DNA of 64,000 nt from Mytilus trossulus. Taxonomy: Eukaryota. A program made the translations under genes and the position numbers. The notes under the pieces are model-generated. The model had not been told where the DNA came from. It saw only the letters and a list, made by a program, of their open reading frames with translations, and searched no databases. The DNA lies in assembly GCF_036588685.1 (NCBI RefSeq), contig NC_086386.1, forward strand, positions 9,052,001 to 9,116,000, written 5' to 3'. Positions 1 through 13,351 of the stretch are shown in pieces; the first letter of the stretch is position 1, and every line of letters begins with the position of its first letter.

Positions 1-1343
1 ATTCTGAAAGGTTAGAAAAGATTCAGATTGAAGCTGCACGTATAGTTACCGGTTTACCATGTTATGCTAGTATCAACTCTATTTATAGAGAGACGGGATG
101 GGAGAAATTAAGTGTCAGAAGGGAAGTTAAAAAACTGACCATGTTTTATAAAATTGTAAATAATCAAACACCGGATTATTTACAAGTATTGGTTCCTCCG
201 TATGTATCAGATACTAATAATTATAACCTGCGAAATAGACATAACATTAATATACCATTGAATCGTCTATCAGTTTATCAACAGTCTTTTTTTCCATCTT
301 CTATTACATTGTGGAATAAATTAGATTTGCATATTCGTCAAATTCCTACTTTCTTTTCTTTCAAGTTACAATTGCAACAGCTGTATTTTCATAATGTAAA
401 ACCTCCTAGGTACTATTTTTATGGAGATAGACTGCTATCTGCATTACATGCAAGGCTACGCAACAAGTGCAGTGCACTTAGCGCAGATTTAAACAAGGCC
501 AATTTAGTACATGATGCATATTGTGCATGTGGGTACACTAGTGAAAGTGTTGAACACTATTTATTATATTGTAATAACTTTGCATCGCAAAGAAATGTTA
601 TGCTTACCGAACTGACCCACTTAGACATTCCTGTTACAATTGAAATGTTATTGTTTGGTAATGACAACTTAGATACAAAAGACAATTTTGTAATATTTTC
701 TGCAGTACATAAATATATAAAAGAAACTCAACGTTTCTCACTCTGATAACAACCTTGCTGGTTATTGTTTTATTTACTAGTCTAAAGTACAGACGATGCA
801 TTGTTCGAATGATTGATTTATTGTTCATAACGGTTAAAATAATGTTTCGCCTCAATGGATTTCAATTATTGAAGTTAAAACAAAAACGATACTTACATTA
901 AACATACGTTCTTGTCATCCTTTTATCCGCATTTTAACGTCAGAATTTAATGTCCGTATCACAATTATATATATTCACAATATTGCATGTTACTTTTACA
1001 ACTTCTACATGTAAATATTATAGAAAGTCATTTAAAAGCACACTAATAACAGTAGGTGTTTTCCCTTGAGACCGATCGTTTGGGTGTGTTTGATTATTTA
1101 AAAGAAGAACGTTTGATATCCACTGAGCCGTTTCTATTATTCTTTGTGTATAAATATTATAATAACAATAGTTGTGATTTATTTAATTATTTTTCATGCC
1201 TTCATGCTTATTAGAAAAATACAAATTTATGTTATGTGCTATATAAATATAATGTATATTCATGTATATTATGGAGAAGACGGAACTAAGTTGGAAAACT
1301 TGTGTCTAATCCATTTGTTTTCAACAATAAAATATGTTTAAAC
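1..1343 (+). mobile_element. 3' end of a CR1/L2-group LINE (ORF2 C-terminus plus 3' UTR), running off the left edge
   Basis: Frame is open from 3 to 746 (SERLEKIQIEAARIVTG...WEKLSVRR...MFYKIVNNQTPDYL...SFFPSSITLWNKL...CACG...ESVEHYLLYC), typical of the post-RT and C-terminal zinc region of CR1/L2-group LINEs. AATAAA at about 1326, then ...atgtttaaac at the junction. Confidence 0.8.
3..746 (+). CDS. LINE ORF2 C-terminal region (5' partial)
   Basis: Uninterrupted frame extending the 141..746 ORF back to the window start; C-x-C...H-x4-C zinc motif. Confidence 0.8.
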   Translation, partial: SERLEKIQIEAARIVTGLPCYASINSIYRETGWEKLSVRREVKKLTMFYKIVNNQTPDYLQVLVPPYVSDTNNYNLRNRHNINIPLNRLSVYQQSFFPSSITLWNKLDLHIRQIPTFFSFKLQLQQLYFHNVKPPRYYFYGDRLLSALHARLRNKCSALSADLNKANLVHDAYCACGYTSESVEHYLLYCNNFASQRNVMLTELTHLDIPVTIEMLLFGNDNLDTKDNFVIFSAVHKYIKETQRFSL

Positions 1344-2824
1344 TAATAGTACTGCAACCAGAGTTCATTTTTTTAAACTTTAATGGTCCGGAAGAACACA
1401 CAGATAAATTATATATCGATGGAAAGAGGAAAACGTGTACAATAAGAAAAGTTGGGTCGTAAAAATCAAGAGTGGTCACAATTTTGTAAAATTGAGGTCA
1501 AAGGTCAGACCTAAAAATATCAATATTTCAACCACAAGGACAAAAAGGAGAAATATTCAATATTTATTCAATAGAATGCTACAAACACGATTCAATTATA
1601 AGCATATGCTATAAACGATGTTTAAACGACAACTTTGACTACTTATAAGAAGAGCTGCCATTACAAATTAGCGTTGATTTGGAACCTTCTGATTTTTTTC
1701 CATTTAAGACATAGCAAACGAAAAAGCGGCCTTGACCTTTTCACATCCATAAACCTTCATATTGTGTATAGTGGTTCACTATAGTATATTACAGAATTAT
1801 TTTCTAAACTATAAAACACCAGTTTATCAAATTATTTCAATATTTTTTCTATCTTTGAAAAAAACAAAATTCAAGCGCTAAAACAGTGTTTTTAAGTTTG
1901 CATCGTGAAGGTTGTGGATTTTGTTAAAATTAGTATCTAGTTATAGATAAATACATATTGTGCATTTGCAAAGCCTGGACAGAGCAGTTATAACACAAAA
2001 TATACTATAGTCACCCGAGGCGAATGCGAGGTTTAAAAAAAATGAGTAAAACAAAGTCAGTTTAGTTCATGAACATTTTTTTAGTGGGATAATCCTGGTA
2101 AAAAAGTTAACTCATTATTTTTTTAAGGGAAGGATGAAAAATTATACAATGCAATGCCAATTTTCTAATGTTGTAATTCAAAATCAGTCATGATCCTTAT
2201 ATAACTTTTAAAAGCGACACACAATAGCTCAAGTATTCATTAAATAGGGACATGAATCAATCTCTTAGTCATCATATGCGGATTCAGTACGCGTATTAGC
2301 ATTATAAGACACTCCCTTTTTTTTTATAAGAACAGGTTCGGCGCAGGACAGAGTTTGTTTAAAACAAACACATTTTTTAGTACACATGCTATCTGGAGAG
2401 TAAATACCGTCATGATTCGGTCAAACTCGTCATATACAGTCTTACATTTACATCAATGTTTGTGACACATATTCCCATATGCATATGCATGATATATCTG
2501 CACTGCCAATCCCAAATGTAATGGGGCGAATGATGCTTCAGAAACGATTGGCTCTGTAATAGCCATAAATTTACGAATTTTTGTTCTCTTAGGGAGAGTA
2601 TACGGGTCAGAAGCGCCTTTGTGTTATTTTTTCACCAATTAACTAACAAATGAACTTTTGAGCCTAGGCTCCGTGTTGAATACCGGACCGTGATCTTTAA
2701 TGGTTTACTTTTATAAATGTGACTTGATTGATGTATTGTATCGGCACTCATACCGCATCTTCCTATATCTATTAAGAAGCTATGCGGGCATCATTTCCAT
2801 AGAAATACCAAAACGAGGACATAG

Positions 2825-3200
2825 CTCATAAGAACACTGGTGGCAGGGTGAAGTAATTGTTCTTCTTTTAATGTATCCTTGATTTTTTCAGACACACCTT
2901 GGTGTAATTCTGAAAGTCTTAAGTTAAACATAGACTTCAATTTTCCTGCAGCAGATATGGCATCCTCTATATTGAATTCAGAGCTAAACTTTATATTTCA
3001 TATCCCTTGGGTCCCCCTGTGTCTGAATTGTAAGGTGTCACAATATCTAGTTAATTCTGGAGTTTGGCAGTTTGGTAAGCATCAGAGACAATCTTGGGTA
3101 GAAGTGATCGGTATATGTAGAGTATGTGCTACATGAGAAATACTTTTTCTTATGGAAGAACAAATCACATCACTTACAATCGTTATTAATGAACTGACAG
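2825..3200 (-). pseudogene. Decayed coding remnant inside the Academ-like element (possible transposase fragment)
   Basis: Frameshifted minus-strand translation ...KVFLM*HILYIYRSLLPKIVSDAYQTAKLQN / RYCDTLQFRHRGTQGI*NIKFSSEFNIEDAISAAGKLK...EEQLLHPATSVL reads like protein. The resemblance to Academ transposase N-terminal regions is from memory only. Confidence 0.4.
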
Positions 3201-3520
3201 CAAGTTCAAATTCTCTTTTTCAGTAACTATTTTACTTAATTGCACAGGTGTTGACTTCAATAAGTACTTGGTTATGCATGGATAAATGATTACTCACATT
3301 AATAAGCACAACTTAAAAGACTGTCAACACGTTTAGAGGACTCAGTTTTGTGTAGTTTTCTGTTTTGTTGTAAAGGTTTTTCTTTTACACAAAAACACTG
3401 TTTTCATGTCTAAACTACAAGGAAGAAACTGAGCGAGAGATCATATAAATGTGTCAGGTTGTGAGGATGCATGTCGATCAGTTTGATCACATATATGGAT
3501 TTCTGTTGTTTCTAATTTAA

Positions 3521-3940
3521 AGTTCCCCAAAGGTGACTGGGGAAACGAAATATGGTTACTTGGTCTTCTTCCGACCGGCAGTAAAACGAATTGGGGCGTC
3601 CGTTTTGCTGTGCGGGATGTACCAAGTTCGCAGTCACGTCCGGTCAGTATGGGGACGTAACATCCGATGCCTCGTGTAAAGGGAGTGCCACGTTAAAATC
3701 CCTTGCAACAACTCTTTGAGGAGTCCGTAGGTGGTCTGTAGCAATGGAAAAATTTCTGTCCAAGTCCTATATACCATCATTTTCCAGTGGCAGTCTTAAT
3801 TTTCCAGACCATCATCCCGAATGGCCTCTATTATGACAACATCTACCTATTGTTTTTATTGTTAACTTGTTCTCGTCGTAAACACGCATGAAATATTTGC
3901 CACTGGACATTAAGCAACCAACAATCAATCAATTAATCAA
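3521..3940 (+). mobile_element. 5'-truncated SINE (Meta-core-like bivalve SINE) with 10-bp TSD
   Basis: Exact TCTAATTTAA at 3511-3520 and 3941-3950; (AATC)n tail; central ggggacgtaacatccgatgcctcgtgtaaag...cacgttaaaatccc resembles the MetaSINE core. Confidence 0.7.
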
Positions 3941-4957
3941 TCTAATTTAATGAAGCACCAATTGTGCCTTCTGGTGCAAGTCTTATAACATAACTGATGA
4001 TTCGCCAAAGGAAAGCAGAATATCAAAAAAAGTTGGTTTTAGCATCATCTTGTCACACACCAAATCTCCGCGTAACTTAGAGTACTTTTCCCCCGACCTT
4101 GCATGCATATTAGTTGCTCTGAGGTTAAACATTAACATACACTGTATTTTCACACTATATCAACTAGTCATTATCCGGGGAAAAAAACTCTTATCCGAAG
4201 GATTTGGTTAACTTTTATAAAAAGTCAAAATTTTATTAACAAAAATATAACTTATTTACAGAAAATACACGAAGGAACAACTATATATATATTCAAATTT
4301 CTCAAAAATAAATTAACTTCTCCTACAAAATCTACATAATCACATCGAAACTATCAAACTGATTTTGAAGGAAAAAATAAATGCTGGAGTTGATTGACGG
4401 ATAGGAAATTTCCGTAATTAAAAAAGGTAGAAATGATGTTTTTATTTTTGAGTTTTTGATCAAATTGTTTGGAATTTGCCCAACAGAATTTGCATGCAGT
4501 ATCGCAATAATATGTTTCGACCTCTCAAATGTCAAATACTGTTTTTGAATCATACGTTTTCTCGTTTTTAAAGAAAAACGCGTTAAATTTCAATCTAAAA
4601 AAACAGCCAACTTTAAGTTTGAAAGTTTTACTTGGAGATGGTATTATATTTATGTCTTCATCATTCCGATGATCCTTGATGATATGTGCATAGAAAATAT
4701 TTACGAAAATAGAGAGAAACTAAACCAAAAAATATATTTTTGGATTTTAAGGTAATTACCCAAAACCGTAAATTGAGGGGTACCCTCATTAAAGAGATAA
4801 AATACACAAATGTGACCATAGAAACTTTTTACGACCCGACGGAAATTAAAAAATAGATATTATTCTATCATTTAAAACAATTTGCAGCCGTGTGTTATTC
4901 CGGACCATTAAACTCGTTAACTAAGCGTCTTTTTCGATGTCAGTTGCAGTACTATAA

Positions 4958-5146
4958 GGCTTTTCTACCTCAGACATAGATTACCTTAGCTGTATTTTGG
5001 CAATACTTTTGGGAATTTTAGTCCTCAATGCTCATCAACTTAGTATTTTATTTGGCCTTTTTAACTTTTTTGGATTCGAGCGTCACTGATGAGTCTTTTG
5101 GTCTGGTGTCTATACTTAATTTGATTCTGGTATCTGTGATGAGTTA
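4958..5146 (+). repeat. Partial copy of the 334-nt hammerhead repeat family; ribozyme deleted internally
   Basis: Matches about 50094-50270. gagcgtcaCTGATGAgtcttttg joins directly to gtctggtgt, with the GAAA/stem III segment missing. Confidence 0.7.
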
Positions 5147-7096
5147 ATGTATTATATGCAGTCATAGAAACTATATATGTATGTATATAACTGTTCCATA
5201 TCTGCTAAATATTTACAACATTATAAAGTATATACATAGGCTTTATTCATATTTGAAAAATGTTATGTGCATTCTGAATCGAACATTTGTGTGAATCTTG
5301 AAACTGAACACGTAAATTTATATTAAAAGTGAAGATAAAATGCCGAAGACAAATTGAATTTCAATTAAAACCCAACACATTTCACGGTTGGATTTTGTGG
5401 TTGTGGAAAGTATAAAATCTGCTGTATCACCCTCACCCACGTGAAATTAAAGTTATAATATTTCTGCTTATACTTTCTTTTAAATTTTGAATTAAAAGTC
5501 ATAATTTATGACAACATCTACATAGCTATCATTACATGCATTGAATTAATTGCTTGATATATATTGTTTCCTGAAATGTAATATAATATGAGCCAGGGTA
5601 GAGGTGAAGTAGAATAATGATACATGTTATCTATAAATAGTGCTTTCTTCAATAATGCTGAGCACCTATGTATTACTTATGGCTGACTACTATCTAGATA
5701 TTTTACTGTGAATAGACTGTTATGTTTGTGCATTCTTTGAAACAATCTTAATCATTTTCAAACATTGCTGTTTAATGAGGAAATAGATTTTTGATTTTTA
5801 TTTAAAAAAAAACTTTCAATTAATTGCATTTTTTGACATTTTAAGATTGGTAGTTTACATTTCCATAATGTTATTAAATGGTTTTTCCTCTCTCAAAAAT
5901 ATGTGTTTTGATTTCTATTGTCAAAAGACTACACTTATTTAAGTAAAGCAAGTACCAGTAAATTCTTTAGATAGTTAAGTGAACTGAATATTAAAGAGGC
6001 ACTTCAAATCACAGGTGAAGCAAGGTCGAGCGACGAAATAAAAAGTCCACAAAACACTGCATAGGAATCCAAAGATTAAGTTTCACGAAACAGTTCCTAT
6101 GTTATATATACTGAAATGTCATATATTCCTGTTTCAGCTGGTTGTAGAAACATATTTATCATAATACATCTCGCAAGAGCGCTTCTGCATAATTAAATTT
6201 ATGTGACTGTTCAAGCATTCACTTTTAACATGTTTAAGTCGACTTTTCTATTCATAATTTTCAGTGACTGCTTGTGACCTAATTATAAAGCTCAAAAGAA
6301 AAATAAATAATGTACAAATTATCGAATTTTAATGGCGCGTTCATCGCTTGTAGAAGTTAAGACATACTCAACACCCATAGTCGATTTACCGCTTTTCGTA
6401 TTTATCATTTTTACTGTATGTATACGACAGTGACTGGGGTGTAATCATACTTGGTGGGACGTGTATGTATATTTAATTGTTAATATTAATACCAGTAGCA
6501 TGATTTGATCCCTAGGTGTCTTGTTTTCCTGATTTGGTTTTTCCTGTAATATAAAATTATTGTTTTAATGTTGAATATAAGTTTTCTTTTATATCAATGA
6601 GTAAAAAACTTCATCGTTTTTACAAAAAAAAACAGTCATAAACAAAAAAAGGATAAAAAAATCCTAAATATTTTGCCAAATACAGGTAAAAGATAAGGTA
6701 CTTCATTGGTTGTCACTGTCAACTCTTTCAAGTACTTCTACATATCCTATTACAATTATCAAACATATGCAGGAATATCCAAACACATTTAAATTAGATA
6801 GTTGAATATTGCATTTATTGTAAACCGGATACCTTTCCTGTTGAATAATCCACAAGTTTTTTTGTCAGTACCGATTTACCATAGGTTTTTTTTCATACAT
6901 CATTTTAAAACCACACTTGCTCTGTTTCTTTAGTGATTAACGAAAATCAATATTTTACTTACACACCTAGAAGATCCTAACGAGAAGTATTTTTGTCTAT
7001 TAAGAATGGGTTTTCTTTTTCTATTTATCAATATGTCAATCTATCAAACGTCCTTACACATTTTTCGTGCTAAGTTTATTCTCTTAATAAAGTAAG

Positions 7097-10000
7097 CAGT
7101 GTATATAAAGTGCAAATCCAGCTAGTTTATTTTCACTGTTATATGCGGGTATGTCTATTGTAGATTAAAGGATCATTTGTTTACGTTTTAAAAATACCAA
7201 ATCAATTGATTTGAAGGAAAGTTTTTACATATTTTCATTTTGGTATGTCTATATTATGTATAAACATAGCATTAAATAAAATTGAGAAAGGAAATGGTGA
7301 ATATGTCAAAGCGACAACCACCCGACCATAGAGCAGACAACAGCCGAAGTTCACATAAGTGTTATAAAAGCAACATAATATAGCATTTCGATTATTGAAA
7401 GCGATCCATTTTAACTATAGATGCGATGAATTATCACTGTTATTGCAGTCATTTCTGATGTGGAATTGTCGAAGATGCGAAGAATTTTAATTGTAGAATT
7501 ATGTGATAAATGCACTTGAAACAAATGCAAAAACTTAGTTGATGACTTGATAATTTATGATAAATGTATTTTCAAATTGAAATACAAACTCCTCGTTCAT
7601 TCTTATCAAATATATAGCTTTTCAAACTTGTAACAAAAACGCTTCTCAAAATGTCATATTGTATTCTTCAAATTACGTTTTTCCTTGATTTATAAAAAAA
7701 TTCAGTCTGTGTAAAACTGAGACGAGTACATTTGAGGACGTTATCTTCCACGCAATACATACACTTGCGAACAGAGAAATGTGCATCTTGAAACACAATG
7801 GTGACAGAAAAGCTTATATACGATTAACTTTCCCATTTGTACCCTCAACTGCTTCAATTTCCATATTCTGAAAAAAATAGTTTTTGGTAGAATAAATGTT
7901 TTTGACTCGATTGTTGCTTGCATGATTTTTACTGTTTAAGGTGAAACGGTATGTGACATAAATTATCCACAGTCATTAAAACATGAAATGTAAGATGTGT
8001 GGAAGAACTTTTTTGTTTGCATTGGTACGTGACGTAGAGCACCCAAAACATTATCCGTAATGCACAGCTCGATAACAGAGGAGGATTTAGGGGGAACAGG
8101 GGGTTGCCCCCTTTTTGGGAAAACATTTGGTTACTTTTATTTGGAATCACTGGAGCGGGCCCCCTCTTAGGCAGTCATTGGGCCCCTACTTATGAAAATT
8201 TCTAGATCCGCGAGTGGATACTACCACAGAGGTCAAGCAATGCACATTTGGGTAATTGTACACGACATGCATGCCACAATTCTAGTTTGATGATCTTAGA
8301 CCCTTTGGACCTCACTGTGGGTTAAGTCCGTCACTTAGCAAAAAAAATCCCCAAACTTGATACACGGTTAGATTCAGCATATCAGAGAACCCCAAAAATC
8401 AATAAGGACCTTTGTCTATAAATTTGGAGATCACAAACTTGAAAAAGGGACCAAAAATATAAAAATACATGAATGGGATACATTTTTTATTGAAGGCATG
8501 ACTGTAACAATAGGATGAAGATAAATAAATATCTTATTCTGGGATCTCATTGGGTTTTTTAGGGGGGGGTTATGATCCCTGATCCCGCTTACTGTTTTGT
8601 CAGATTCCCGTATCCCGCTTATACTATGCAGTTCTCATTTTTTGAAATGATCCGTGTCCCTAATTGTGACTGTTTATTTAACGCATCATGTAAATATAAC
8701 GGAATTTGATGAGACTTTTATTAAAGTGAGAGGGTTAGCGCTATAGAACCAGGTTTAATCCACCATTTTCTACATTTGCAAATGCCTGTACCAAGTCAGG
8801 AATATGACAGTTCTTGTCCATTCGTTTTTGATGCGTTTTGTTATTTGATTTTGCCATGTATTATGGACTTTCCTAATTGATTTTCCTCTGAGTTCAGTAT
8901 TTTTGTGATTTTATTTCTTTCCGCTATACTTAATTTCCCGTTTTCACGACACAGCCATTTGACAATCCCGCGTCACGCTTATATCCCAACGTTACCCACT
9001 ATTCCACTCTTTTCTGACTCATATTTAGCCCATTATAAATATATTAAAAAAGTAGTGTTTTTTTTTGTCCCTTTTAATCCCGTCTCGTTTCGGTTCGAGT
9101 CATAGATAGATAAGATGTCATATATGAAAATGAGACAACTCTCCATCCGAGTCACAATTTATAAAAGTATACCTTTATACGTCAAAATACGGTCTTCAAC
9201 ATGGAGTCTTGGCTCACACCTAACAGCAAGTTTTAAAGGGCCCCAGTCTAAAACCTTTTAAACAGGAAAACCAACGATTCAAAGTATATCAAGATGTACG
9301 TAATTAGTGGTGAAGTGTTATGGAAATGGATAAAAAAAAACAAGGATAAAGATCCCTATACGATTTATAAGGAATTAAATGGAATACATTTGAAGTAAAT
9401 GTTATTTCTATTGAATTTATTTAGAATGTTTTAAAACCAAACTTTCCTCCTTAAGTTAAATTTTATCAAATCCGTCTCTTACTTTATCTATTGTTTTAGC
9501 AAGTCGGCTAAATTAAGGCTTTACACCTAATTTCCTAATGCATGTAAAGCAAAACTTTGGTTGACTTGCTCGCTTTGTTTGTATAATTGTTTATACAAAC
9601 TTTATAAATAAGATTGACATATTTAAACAATATGTATCGGCATAGTTTAACCTGTATTTATATAATTATAATATTTGAATTAGATTGGGTGTTGTCATAA
9701 TGATTGTACAATAAAAAAAACTAAAGGAAGCACGCTAACTAAAGTATTGATTTACATGCTTAAAAAAATACGCTGTAATAGATAAAAAAAAAATTCATAC
9801 AGTGAAAATGCTCCGCATATACAATACTAATGAATCGCTCTACAGTGAAAATGAAAGAATAGTATCATTATTCGACAGTAAACATGACTCGCATAAAGAA
9901 AGCATCATATTGTAATTCAGTTCAATATGAAGAAACTGAATGACAAAATCTATTCTACGTTAGACAACTTTAATAATTGTGTTGAAATGAATATTTTTTC

Positions 10001-10307
10001 TGCAACAACATCTTACCTGTTAGTTATAAAACACCTGCACGATCTGTTCGTGAAATGTCCTAAATATTCACCTATTTTGGTATATATTTCACAGCTATTT
10101 GACTTAAGGTGCGAAAAAAACCCGTTCGCATCTCTTACTTTGTTTTATTAGTATCATGTAATTCTTAACATATACATTTTAACTCATTTTCTTCATTTTC
10201 TTAAAAAATAAATAAAAAAGTCGTCTGTTTATTTATCATTCTACATCAGAAATTTCTGGCATATAAAGTGAAAATGATATTTTAGGATCCGCACTTTACA
10301 TACACTG
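7097..10307. mobile_element. Non-autonomous TIR element, copy 1 (CAGTG termini, 5-bp TSD; hAT5-like)
   Basis: 23-bp imperfect TIR CAGTGTATATAAAGTGCAAATCC / GGATCCGCACTTTACATACACTG; TSD GTAAG at 7092-7096 and 10308-10312; colinear with 13352-15680. Confidence 0.85.
8076..8216. mobile_element. Small MITE nested in hAT5-like copy 1
   Basis: cagaggaggatttaggggg ... ctagatccgcgagtg imperfect TIR; flanks GATAA / GATAC. Its right half is also present in copy 2 (about 13900-13986). Confidence 0.45.
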
Positions 10308-10444
10308 GTAAGTGTATAACAATTATTTACCTACACTTTTCAATTCAATCAGTAAGTAGGAGTGATTTGGGGTAGGGAGGGGTGAAAGTACATGTAAACA
10401 AATTTAGGACATGAATTTTTTATTAGTAATTTTATTTTTCAGTA

Positions 10445-10860
10445 AAACGTTCAATCTGGAAACTGACCAAAATCCGCTCATACTGTTACTCAGTTCTGTA
10501 GTAAAGGAATTGCAGAATTTCTGCTACGTATTCAAAGATTTCGATTGCGCCTTTTGAGATTTGATTCCACAATTGAGCACGTACCAGGTAAGGAATTGAA
10601 TACCGCAGATACATTGTCTAGACAAGTCCAAGTCGAATGAATTAAAGACCGAGACAAAAGCGTACAGACGACGTGTGCGACCATTTTCTGAAGTAAAACC
10701 AAACGATCGCGTTTGGGTTAAAGATCAAAGGAAACAGAGAACAATCAAAGACGAATCTAATGAACTGCGTTCGTATATAACTGAAACCAAAATTGCTAAA
10801 AATACTTTTGAAACAGTCCCAGATGATAATCAATTCAAAATAATGAACTGCAAGATACAC
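10445..10860 (+). pseudogene. Gypsy pol remnant (RNase H end fused to integrase C-terminus)
   Basis: FNLETDQNPL (degenerate TDHKPL), IEHVPGKELNTADTLSR, then RPFSEVKPNDRVWVKD...RSYI. Confidence 0.65.
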
Positions 10861-13351
10861 AATAGATCAATCTGGGAAGACATCAGGGTCACGACATAGG
10901 TTTATCATAAAATGTAAGTTCTTAACAGATCCTAGTAACTGTTATTATCTTTATATGAGAACTGTTTCTAAATCAACATCACGTGCGTACTTAAAACTTA
11001 ACAAGTTAGCATATACGATATTAGATTACAATAAAACATATGTAAATATATAAAACGAGTATATTATTTGCCTCGCCAATATAACAATTATTCAAATTGA
11101 CGTCTTTTAAACAAGGTTATGCCTTTACTGTCAACATTCAAGTCATTTGCATAAACAATTATTGTGACGCTACTGTATTTATAGATAGTTGGTTGCTTTA
11201 CGTCCGGTAGCAAATATTTCATGCATAATCAACCTTTAAAGAGTGTGGAAATACCTGTACAAAAAGCGTAAAGTTCTAATTCTAACTAGACGGGAGTGCA
11301 TACTTGTATGCCGCACGCACAAACAATCTGAAATCAAAACGTTTGCAACAAGAAAGTGTGGTCTTAGGACATTGTGTCACGTCAAATCATATTTCCATGT
11401 TGGTGCTCCTCTAAATTAGGCCCCAACTCTAATTTGTTATATAATTATAAATGTATTTTTCTTGAAGATGCTTCCTCATAAATTCCATTGGATAAAATTC
11501 GACGGAAAGGTGTCAAGTTATGTCATTTTAATCGAAATCTCTATTAATAAAACTTAAAAGAGATTTGACATCATCAAACATACCCTAAAGCGCTTTAGAA
11601 ATCCATCCTCTGTTAACAAAAACCACTGATCTCGATAGCCTTTAATCAAAGACACTTTCATCTTTAGATTCCCTTCCATCATCTAGATATCTGAATAAAA
11701 TAAAGGAATAGTATGTAATGACCTAGATGTATCTGTCAAACGTATACACATTTCGCAAATAAAAACCATATTAAAGAATACGAACCTAATTTTGATTAAA
11801 AATGTATTGTTTCGATTTTTCAGTCTCATTGAAATCAGGAAAATTTAAATCAATCTGATCAGTTTCTTCAGCCAAAATGTTCAGAAAAGAATTGTGGGTA
11901 TAAAAATATAGCTACACAAAATACATGTTTAGGACTCAAAAGTGCAATGGTACTCTAAAGTGCGATGGTCACGCTAAAGTACGGTGGTTTATCACGCTAA
12001 ATGCGATGACTGTTTGTTCGCTAAAGTACTATGGTTTATCACGCTGAAGTGCGAGGGACAAAAAAGGTAATATTAAAGGGCTGAAAGTACACGGATTTAT
12101 AAAAAAGAAAAAGCTAGTACAAGGTATTATGACATATTTGATAAGCTTGATAATTACCGTTTTTTTGTCGTTTTTTATTCAAATTAAGTAACATAAAAAA
12201 TATATATCAACAGCAGCAGTTTGATGCTCTAAACCTATATAGTTTTAAAGAAAAATAACGTAACATGTTTCAAGTAAAAAAAAAACATCTTCTGATGACG
12301 TCATGGTCAACTATGACGTCATTTTTCTGGGCGTAAAGTTAATGATGGACGACGGCGATTCGGGATCCGAATATGAATCGGACATACATATTTCAGACTC
12401 TGAATCAGAGGGAGATGAAGAACTGGATGAAGGAATTCCCATGAATAGGGGACCGTGGTTCCCTGTATTAGATCCAGGGACTTTTTCATTGCCGGAACCA
12501 AATTTTCATGAACAAACTGGACCGGTAAATTTTCTGTCAAATTCAACAATTTTGGATTACTATATGAAATTTATAGACATGCCGGGGAGAAGTGTTATCG
12601 ACCTGTTAGTTGCCGAAACAAATCGATATGCCACCCAGTGCATTGATTAAAAAAGTCGACCCCCAAGAGTAGTGCCAGAGTTTGCACGATTGAAGAATTG
12701 GACTTCTGTGACACGCCAGGAAATTCTGGCATTTGTTGGACTAGTTCTTTCCATGGGAGTTGTTAAGAAACCTACATATGAGTCATATTGGGAGAACAAT
12801 CCTAGATCATGGTCTATGGAAACACCAAATTTTGCCCAAGTAATGTCTAGAAATAGATTCCATGCTATCTTGCAGTTTTTGCACTGTAACAACAACGAGA
12901 CAGCAGTGCCACATGACCAACCAGGCTACGACCAACTCCACAAAATCAGTCCTGTTATAGACATTTTAAATCAGACATTTTCAAAAAATTACAGGTACAT
13001 GTACGATAAATAAAGTGTGCGATAGTACTTTTTGGTTCAAGAGAATACAATACATCTTAAGTTATTAGGAGAGTGAAGATATTATATATGTTGTTAAAGA
13101 ATGAAAATTTTATTACATTGTAAATAGGAAAAAAGACATTGATTTCAAATTTACACATTTCTCACATTTTATTACATTGTGTAACCAGAAACACATAATA
13201 CATTAGCCTTGACTTTGTGTATAAAACTTGTCCAAAGTTAATAACAATGTTGTCATTACTGCGATGAAACAAATGAAAGTGGGCAAGAAATTAAATCTAA
13301 AAAATATATATCTGTTTACATGTTTTTTTTAATTTAAATATATACACTCTA

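Larger units (their letters stand above)
1347..4954. mobile_element. Non-autonomous DNA transposon with TAG...CTA termini and 3-bp TAA TSD (Academ-like)
   Basis: Termini TAGTACTGCAAC / GTTGCAGTACTA. Subterminal inverted blocks (TAATGGTCCGGAAkAACACAC-type, GGGTCGTAAAAA, TGGTCACA) over about 140 bp. TAA at 1344-1346 and 4955-4957. Removing the element restores aaactaa|ggcttttctacc, matching the repeat copy at about 50088. Confidence 0.8.

Noticed and set aside
7097-10307. Transib/RAG-like transposon because of the 5-bp TSD and CAGTG
   Set aside because: The TSDs fix the terminus as CAGTG, not CACAGTG; no heptamer-nonamer arrangement or RAG-like coding sequence is seen.
11930-12057. CRISPR-like array of ~20-bp repeats (also 18772-18880 and 63680-64000)
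   Set aside because: The repeats are degenerate with little or no unique spacer, occur as inverted subterminal arrays, and the context is eukaryotic with no cas genes.
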